Assembly (NCBI GenBank): GCA_000934665.2
Contig: KZ538105.1
Location: 1-64,000 of the forward strand
Direction of reading: 5' to 3'
Origin: Catajapyx aquilonaris
Lineage: Eukaryota
Length of the DNA: 64,000 bases
The translations under genes and the position numbers were made by a program. This document shows, piece after piece, positions 56,560 to 64,000 of this stretch (position 1 is its first letter; every line of letters starts with the position of its first letter). Under the pieces are notes generated by a model. The model was given only the letters and a program-made list of their open reading frames with translations. It made no database searches and had not been told where the DNA came from.

Positions 56560-57834
56560 ATCAGACCAATCCCTTCAAACAATTTTTTTTCCTTTTCCAA
56601 CATGGCGGCTGGAACTGTATGGCCCATTTGACTCCCCTTATCAAATAAGCCCTGTGACTTAATGCAACCTCGCGAGCGCTAAATCGCAGCCTCTCCCCAC
56701 CTTGGCCCAAGTTGAGCCAGTTCTGGAGTAGGAACCAGACTCTGGAGGATGTCGAAGGAAAGTGGGGGCAGGGGGGTTCCTCTTGCTCCACCAGGGTAAC
56801 ACAATTAGCTGCAGGAGGCGAAATCTGCTGCCGAGGGCTTGCCGATTTCGTCTCATTTCATTTTCACAAGCTCATCTCTCCCGTGAAACTTTTGTTATTG
56901 TAGAACTCCCCCAGACTTTCCACTGGATCAATATGGAGGACAGACTGTTGGCTTGTTGGAGAAGATGAGGGAACAGGAGGAAAGGAGGAAAGAGAAAGGT
57001 TAAAACCAACTGTGGATGATGGATGTCTTTGCAGGTGATGTACTGTCTGGAAAGTCCAAAACATGCTCTGTTTTCAAGGGAGAAACTGAAACTGTCAATG
57101 TGTTCTGAAGGCCTGAGGTGAAGATGATGATTGGAGCAGACGGTATCGAAATGGTGCAAAAACATGTGGCAACTTGCTGGGAAAGGTGAGGGGGTTTTGA
57201 CAGCAGTTGAGAAGTTTAGAACAATCGTTTGGAAGTTTTTTTTAAGTAATTTGTGGTTCAACATCCGAACAATTTTGCTAACATTTGCAATTAATAAACC
57301 GCGTCCACATTAAACTCATCAGTTTATCGCATGAAGGCTCAGCCCCATCGTGCTTAAATATTATTATCTTTGACAAAAATTGGTTAGTCTTACGATTCAA
57401 CAGTTTAACAAACGACCACAGTACAATATGGCATCTCTAATTGTGATAAGCCAACATCTTTTGTTGAGATGGTTGATTCCAGGTTATTAATTATCTATTC
57501 TGTATTTACCAACGTTTGTGCAACCGGCCTTAAATCGACATATCTCAGAGGTATAATCTCAAAAAAGTTATTGTATGCTGTCATGAAATCAGAAAAAATC
57601 GTAATAACTATTAATTTGGCGGCAATATCAAACAAAACTCCCCCTCCACACTAGTCTAATAATTCCAAAAAAGAACGCCCAGGGAGGTGACTCGCCTTTT
57701 GAAAAAAAAAGAACGCACGTGCGACCCTAGCTGACAAAGGAAACCAAACAGAGGAATTTCTAATAACATAAGGTGCATATATCCCTCAACGTTGCCAAAT
57801 TTGGATTTTTAAATATATATTTGGCGATTGTTGT

Positions 57835-57918
57835 GCCAACGGTCAGCCAACGGTCATTTGGGCCAACGGTCGTTTGAGTCAACGGTTATTTCCTCCAACG
57901 GTCGGGCGTCCCAACGGA
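57835..57918. repeat. Short degenerate (C)CAACGG array
   Basis: CAACGG occurs six times within ~85 bp. Confidence 0.7.
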
Positions 57919-58690
57919 AAAATCCATCTCCGATATGAAATTAGACGCTAAATTCAATTTTTCCCAAGTTCAGAGTTACATTAGTCGTATGTCACCGCAC
58001 CCTAGCTCCTCCTGTTGCTAATGTATAGCCAGAAGGGGATTAGGTCTAATTTAGGATGGGTTTCGATCCAGCCAAAAGAGAGGGGGGCAACATACACACA
58101 ACAAGAGGGGAGAAGCTCTTCGTGTTCTGGAGGGGAATATTGTGCACTTTGGCGTCACACTTTCTGGTCATGATTTATCCAAATGTTTAATGAGTCTTGT
58201 GGTGGGTTGCTGGGGTAGATAAGAAAAGGGGGTCTGGATCGATAGGGTCGTTCGAACCGGAATTTCTTTCACGTACCATCTTGGGACATGTCTCCAAACA
58301 TTCGGTATGTCGCTCCAGCACCCCTCCAGAAGACGTGATCACATTTTTGCAGACGTAGTGCTGACTTTTCAAGAATTCTGGGACAAAAAAAAGAAGAAAT
58401 GTCTTTCGAGTAAAGGCCAGTATTTAAGCCGTTTAAAGTGGCGGATCAAGAGAAGTGCATGGAAAGTGGGGCAAGGGCAGGGCAAAATCTGGTAAAAGGA
58501 AAAGTGCTGGAAGCTTTTGGTTCAAGGGCGGCCCTGGAATTTCGACGGCCAAGGGCTGCGGGCGCTTTCATATGGGCAGCAGCGCTGGAGCACCGGAATA
58601 ATCGGGGAACAGTTGGGACTTTTCTTGCTATCAGACCTTAATGAAACGCGGTCCTGTTATTAAGGCCTGATGTCGCATACAAAAGGGGGG

Positions 58691-58790
58691 GAGGCCATAT
58701 TGAATGACGTCACTCACTGATGATGGTATCGATATTTTCAGTTTAAAAATTATTACACATCGTCGAGCTTGACGTCATCCAATATGGCCT
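58691..58790. repeat. 100-bp inverted-repeat element (MITE-like)
   Basis: GAGGCCATATTGAATGACGTCA / TGACGTCATCCAATATGGCCTC, 21 of 22 positions paired. Confidence 0.75.
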
Positions 58791-59586
58791 CAATTTTCGT
58801 GCTAAGACTGTATGAACCATAGTTAAATTATGTAGTGCAAGCCTGAATAACATTGCGAAATTATCGACAGTTGCGTCACCTGGGGGCGTTTAGGTTGGTT
58901 ATGAAGGTAAGTACAGTAATATTTGTAGAGAACTGTGTGCTATTGGCTCAGGCCTATCTGACGAAATGCGTATTATAAGCAAATATTATTTTCACTGCTA
59001 TGGGTGGGCGTATGGCCACATAAAATTAAACATACGGTAGTATGATTAATATTTACATATTTTGAAAGGTAATTACAGGTACGTGTGATTACATATAGAA
59101 GTAGTGTCATTGAACTAATATTTATGAGCTGAAGTGATCTGAACAGCATGCCCGAGTGTATTCCCATCCCTTGACGTAAGGAACAAAACAGCAATTGAGG
59201 CTGCGTACCTTAATTTTTTACTATAGTCTATTTTAAAATACGAACTGACGACATTTAATATAATACAATTAATTATAAAGCACAATAGAAAACCAAACAC
59301 AGCAATTTTCATCCTAAACATACAGTATTTTAAATGCATCATCAGTGTACGCTACCAGCCAAGCCAACTTTAAACTTTTTAAAAACACAACCAAGCTTGA
59401 AAATTTATCGTCAACCACGTATTCAGTTTAACATTTGAAAAGATTGATGCCGAACTTGCCCCATCGTTTACCACCCTAATGAATTAACCGCACCGATAAA
59501 TACGCAAAATATGCCTAATCACATAAGACCCCTTCATGTCCCATAAATCTGGCCCAATTCCCACCAGTTTAGTCGAAACCCCCCCC

Positions 59587-59803
59587 NNNNNNNNNNNNNN
59601 NNNNNNNNNNNNNNNNNNNNNNNNNNNNNNNNNNNNNNNNNNNNNNNNNNNNNNNNNNNNNNNNNNNNNNNNNNNNNNNNNNNNNNNNNNNNNNNNNNNN
59701 NNNNNNNNNNNNNNNNNNNNNNNNNNNNNNNNNNNNNNNNNNNNNNNNNNNNNNNNNNNNNNNNNNNNNNNNNNNNNNNNNNNNNNNNNNNNNNNNNNNN
59801 NNN
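59587..59803. other. Assembly gap (217 N) flanked by poly-C
   Basis: Run of N. Confidence 0.99.
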
Positions 59804-59929
59804 CCCCCCCCCCAAAAAAAAACCCACCTAACAATGCACCCAACTGATTTTTGAATAATGTACCAGAAGAGTCAACTATTTAACTAATTGTATTTTGTGA
59901 TGTATCTAGCTAAATAGAAATATGCACTA

Positions 59930-60160
59930 GTGTGGAAAAATGCACTAGCCTGAATAATATGCATCTAGCTGAATATAAAAATGCATTAGCAGAATAAAAT
60001 GCATGTAGCTGAATATAAAAACGCATTAGCTGAATAAAATGCATCTAGCTGAATATAAACATGCATTAGCTGAATGAAATGCATCTAGCTGAATGTAAAC
60101 ATGCAGTAGCTGAATGAAATGCATCTAGCTGAATATTAAAATGCACCTAGCTGAATAAAA
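59930..60160. repeat. ~19-21-bp dimeric minisatellite
   Basis: GCATCTAGCTGAATATAAA(A/C)ATGCATTAGCTGAAT(A/G)AAAT repeated. Confidence 0.9.
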
Positions 60161-61144
60161 AAACACACTAAATTGAATAAATGTTTCTAACAATTTGGAG
60201 CCTATTTGCATCCCATTATTTATTATGACGTATCCAAAAGGGGGTAAGTTGTCCTCATGAAATGACATCGGGTCAATTTTGGCAAGGGTGTTAACTGGGC
60301 AATAGAATTTGGGTGAAGGTGAATGAATCATGACGGTGGGGTTAATTTATCCAGTCTGATATTGGGGGCGGGGTGGGGAGGGAAGGTTTACCGTCATAAT
60401 TTTATGAACTCTTAATTAGGCATTTCATATTATGTTTACCCTGCGGCCGTGGAAGCTAAATTCACCAGTCCTGTGGACTATAAGAATTTGTAATCACCAC
60501 AAATTACGTGGCGCAAGAACGCTTTTTTTTTGGAAGGGGGGGCAACGGGGGTAGGGGGGGGGGACTATCCCGATGGGTTGCCTCTGGGTGTTTGTGCAAT
60601 CCGGCCGCAAGGACATTTTATGCAAGCCTGGAAATCAAATTGTAATTTGGTTTTCCAGCCGACTGGGGATATTCGGATGTTAAAAAAAAAGAGAGGTGGT
60701 CCTACGCACTGGTCCCAAACCATCAAAATATAACCGGTCGTAAAAGGGGAAGGGATGGTTTCAAACTATTATGAGGGACCAAAAATGACTGAAACACCAG
60801 GAAAAAAAATACGGACGATCTGTATTGTTACAAAAAGATATGTTGGAATGATCAAAATGGTGGGAATATATTTATTGCGCGGATATTTTGATAGTAATCG
60901 GTGTGATTTTACGCTCAGAATACCTTGAAATTGGACTGTGCACATGAGTAGGTTTAATTATTACGTTTGAGTGATCAGTGGTTGCAACAATTGAGTGTGA
61001 ATTTATCAACTTCTGAGTGGTGAGTAAGCTTCACTCATTATAGCCCAAAAATTTAATCAACCGGATGCAGATTTTCTTTCGGAATTGACAAAATTAGACA
61101 TATATTTTAAAACGAGGCAAATTTTTGTGAATTAATATTGAAAC

Positions 61145-61248
61145 CAAGGGGTTACACACTCGACTGTAAAGTGTACACCGGAGTACCACTGGTAGTACCA
61201 AAAAGTACAACTGCAGGCGTACCGAGTACTGAAGTGGTTAACCCTTTG
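61145..61248 (+). mobile_element. Short (104 bp) copy of the 55939-56559 family
   Basis: ATTGAAAC|CAAGGGGTTACACACTCGACTGTAAAGTGTACACCGG...AGTGGTTAACCCTTTG|GTTGAAAC, TSD matches 7/8. Confidence 0.88.
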
Positions 61249-62572
61249 GTTGAAACAATAGTCACAATTTTATTTCAAATTCTGTGCACTATTTGCATAA
61301 TAAATATTTGCATAAAAAGTACTAAAATGTCACTTTTTAAATAAAATATTGATGAAAATGAGCCATCAATTCATCAAAATTTATTACGTCCAAATAATCG
61401 ACATTTTGACCATTTCCAGAACCAATGACTGTTTCTCACACCCCCAACATTTCCCAGCACCCTCAACCACACCGGACATGACTTTTTTCCCTCCCTAACT
61501 CCAAAGGGGCGTGATTCGTTGAAAACCTTAACGATCTCTTAACCCTCCCCCTTCCCGAAAATTAAAATCTCGACCACCCCTCCCCTATAAGTCCGGAAAG
61601 TCATGCCGAGACGTGTCTAAAGTTCCTATGAGAAACCTCACCCCACACCAACCCACAGGAATGAAACAAAAATTCTCCCCCAAAAAAATATTCCCACGAA
61701 GAATTTCGACACATTTTTTGGGTTACAAAAAAATGAAATATCTTATGTATATGTAACAATGGCTGCCCACTTCATTGTCTAAAAGTCGGACTTATCTCAC
61801 GTCCGCTGACAGTTCTGGGGAACAAAAGGCTGCTCAACAATTAGGCCCCGGACACCCTCCCTCTGGTGGCCGCAAGAGACTCATCAGCAAACGTATACCC
61901 CGCCATTGGCCATGAAGAACACAATGAAAATTAAATGAGATAATCTCTCAGCTGCTTCTACCCCCATCATCTTTTTATCACTTCGACATACCATATTATT
62001 TCTTAACATTACAGCTTATTATTTTCTCAGCTCCCAGCTGTGCCTCTAGACCATTTCCGCTAATTATTTCAACGCCTTTGGTGCAAAGAATAGAGCGCCT
62101 GCTGCTTCATTATAGGTTGGCATCCCTGCGATTGAGCGATTTCAATAAAAGCCACAAACTCACGGTTCAAATAGCTTAAAGAAAGAAAAAAAATAGCGGT
62201 TAGCTGCTTGCGGCCAGCAACTTCTTTTTCCATGAATTAAGTGCAGCTTCACGCCTCATTTGTTCCAAGCTGACCGTGTCTACTTGACGAGAGTCGTTAC
62301 CACGGCCACAAATGCTGGACCCCCAGCCCCCTCTTTTCATTTTCCAACATTGCTCTGGTGTAATGGAACGATACGCAATTACAGGCCTCGTACCGGGAAT
62401 CTCGTTACTGTATGTCACTGAGACTGGGTCGGTAGTAGTTTCAGTCAGTTTCTCTAAGGCTAGGTTTTGGTCGTGGTCCAAAGGCTAGGAGCCGCCTACT
62501 TATTAGGCAGCCTCGCTCCAGGCTGCTTCACGACTAGCTACAAATTCAAGCCTCCCCCTAGGTCCACCCAGT

Positions 62573-62588
62573 CAGCGCCATCTAGTGG
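62573..62588 (-). promoter_or_regulatory. CTCF consensus motif
   Basis: Minus strand CCACTAGATGGCGCTG. Confidence 0.6.
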
Positions 62589-62630
62589 GGACGTCACATG
62601 TAATTCGTTTAAAAATCATACCACTTTTTG

Positions 62631-62864
62631 CAAGGGGTACTCCGGTGTACATCTGCAGTGGTACTCCTTACCAGGTACTCCTTAGGTACTCCAATGTACA
62701 CTTTACATGCGCGAGTGCACGTTAAAGATCCCCAGAGTGGCCAAATTTCCAGGAGGAGGAACACCCCCTGGCGTCGCGTCGGTATTGAGCCTTGAGGCAG
62801 AATAAGGCCTACGTTAAGCCCCACTGATAAGTGTACACTTTACAGTCGAGTGGCTAACCTCTTG
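62631..62864 (-). mobile_element. Inverted copy of the 55939-56559 family carrying a SINE insertion
   Basis: ACTTTTTG|CAAGGGGTACTCCGGTGTACA...TTTACAGTCGAGTGGCTAACCTCTTG|CCTTTTTG, TSD matches 7/8. Confidence 0.88.
62708..62831 (+). mobile_element. 5'-truncated SINE with 13-bp TSD
   Basis: TGTACACTTTACA at 62695-62707 and 62832-62844; the insert is homologous to 17787-17909. Confidence 0.85.
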
Positions 62865-63044
62865 CCTTTTTGTCATTTATCATCCTGTTGGCATTCTGAA
62901 CTATCCACCAGTCTCGCCAGCACCATCTAGTGATGGTAGAGAGGCTCTTGAGAGAGAGTCGCCAACGGCTGACGTCACGGTCGACTCCAATTTGCTGGAG
63001 TAGTACAAGCCTTCTGACTCCAGCCAATCGGAGTCGACCGTGTC

Positions 63045-63864
63045 GTCAGAGCCGGCCACTATTTCCAAGATGGCCGCCTCCATAGGACTGTAGTTTATGT
63101 CCTACTGTTGAAGTCAGAATTGGCGACTCTCTCCCTCGAACCACTCTAAGTGGTGGATGTCACATTTAATTCATTTAAAAAAATATGTACCAGCAGATTT
63201 TATCCTTAACTGATGCAACGTCAGAGACGGCCACTTTCCAAGATGGCGGCCTCCATAGGACCATAGTTACCAGGCAATCAGAGACGACCGTGACGTCAGC
63301 ATTGGCTACTCTCTCCTTCGAGGCGCTCCAATTCATTTAAAAAAATGTACTAACAGGTTTAATCCTTAACTGATGCAACGTCAGAGACTGTCACTATTTC
63401 CAAGATGGCGGCCTCCATAGGACCATAGTTACTCCAGCCAATCAGAAATGACCGTGACGTCAGAATTGGCGACTCTCTCCTTCGAGGCGCTCCAATTCAT
63501 TTAAAAAATGTACTAACAGGTTTAATCCTTAACTGATGCAACGTCGGAGACGGTCACTATTTCCAAGATGGCGGCCTCCATAGGACCATAGTTACCAGCC
63601 AATCAGAGACGACCGTGACGTCAGAATTGGCGACTCTCTCCTTCGAGGCGCTCCAATTCATTTAAAAAATGTACTAGCAGATTTAATCCTTAACTGATGC
63701 AACGTCAGAGACGGTCACTATTTCCAAGATGGCGGCCTCCATAGGACCATAGTTACCAGCCAATCAGAGACGACCGTGACGTCAGAATTGGCGACTCTCT
63801 CCTTCGAGGCGCTCCAATTCATTTAAAAAATGTACTAGCAGATTTAATCCTTCACTGATGCAAC
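63045..63864. repeat. ~161-bp satellite (~5 copies)
   Basis: TTTCCAAGATGGCGGCCTCCATAGGAC at 63560 and 63721 (161 apart), and at ~63062, ~63235 and ~63396. Confidence 0.95.
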
Positions 63865-64000
63865 CTTCCCACACGTTTGGTGTCAAAATGGCCTACATCC
63901 TAACTTATTGCTTCTTAAGCGTCCTTTTCCTCCATTTCACAAGTTTGCTCCGATCCAGCTTGAAGCCCAACCCAAGATTTATTTCCTTCCAAGTCTTCCG

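Noticed and set aside
1..64000. Hox-cluster markers (homeobox WFQN exon, miR-10, miR-993, iab-4) and other conserved miRNAs
   Set aside because: A visual search found only seed-length matches. A real BLAST or Infernal search is needed to exclude small exons or RNAs.

Overview
I find no supportable protein-coding or structural RNA gene here. The window reads as non-coding animal DNA, most likely invertebrate or arthropod-like. That rests on TA-CAGGGTG and TA-CAGT Tc1/mariner-type MITEs, a SINE resembling the Ruka/Meta type, and CTCF- and YY1-like motifs. The listed ORFs are short chance frames or translations of repeats. The window is densely filled with non-autonomous TIR transposons, several of them nested and with target-site duplications (TSDs) that can be checked inside the window. 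It also holds two copies of a SINE and many minisatellites. The most striking unexplained property is a quasi-periodic architecture. AT-rich valleys recur roughly every 1.3-2.3 kb. On the + strand each is usually preceded by G/T-rich DNA and followed by C/A-rich DNA, and most TEs and satellites sit at these switch points. A 161-bp satellite at the right end is built largely from promoter motifs (YY1, CCAAT, CRE, C/EBP-ATF). All compositional statements are by eye and need computation.
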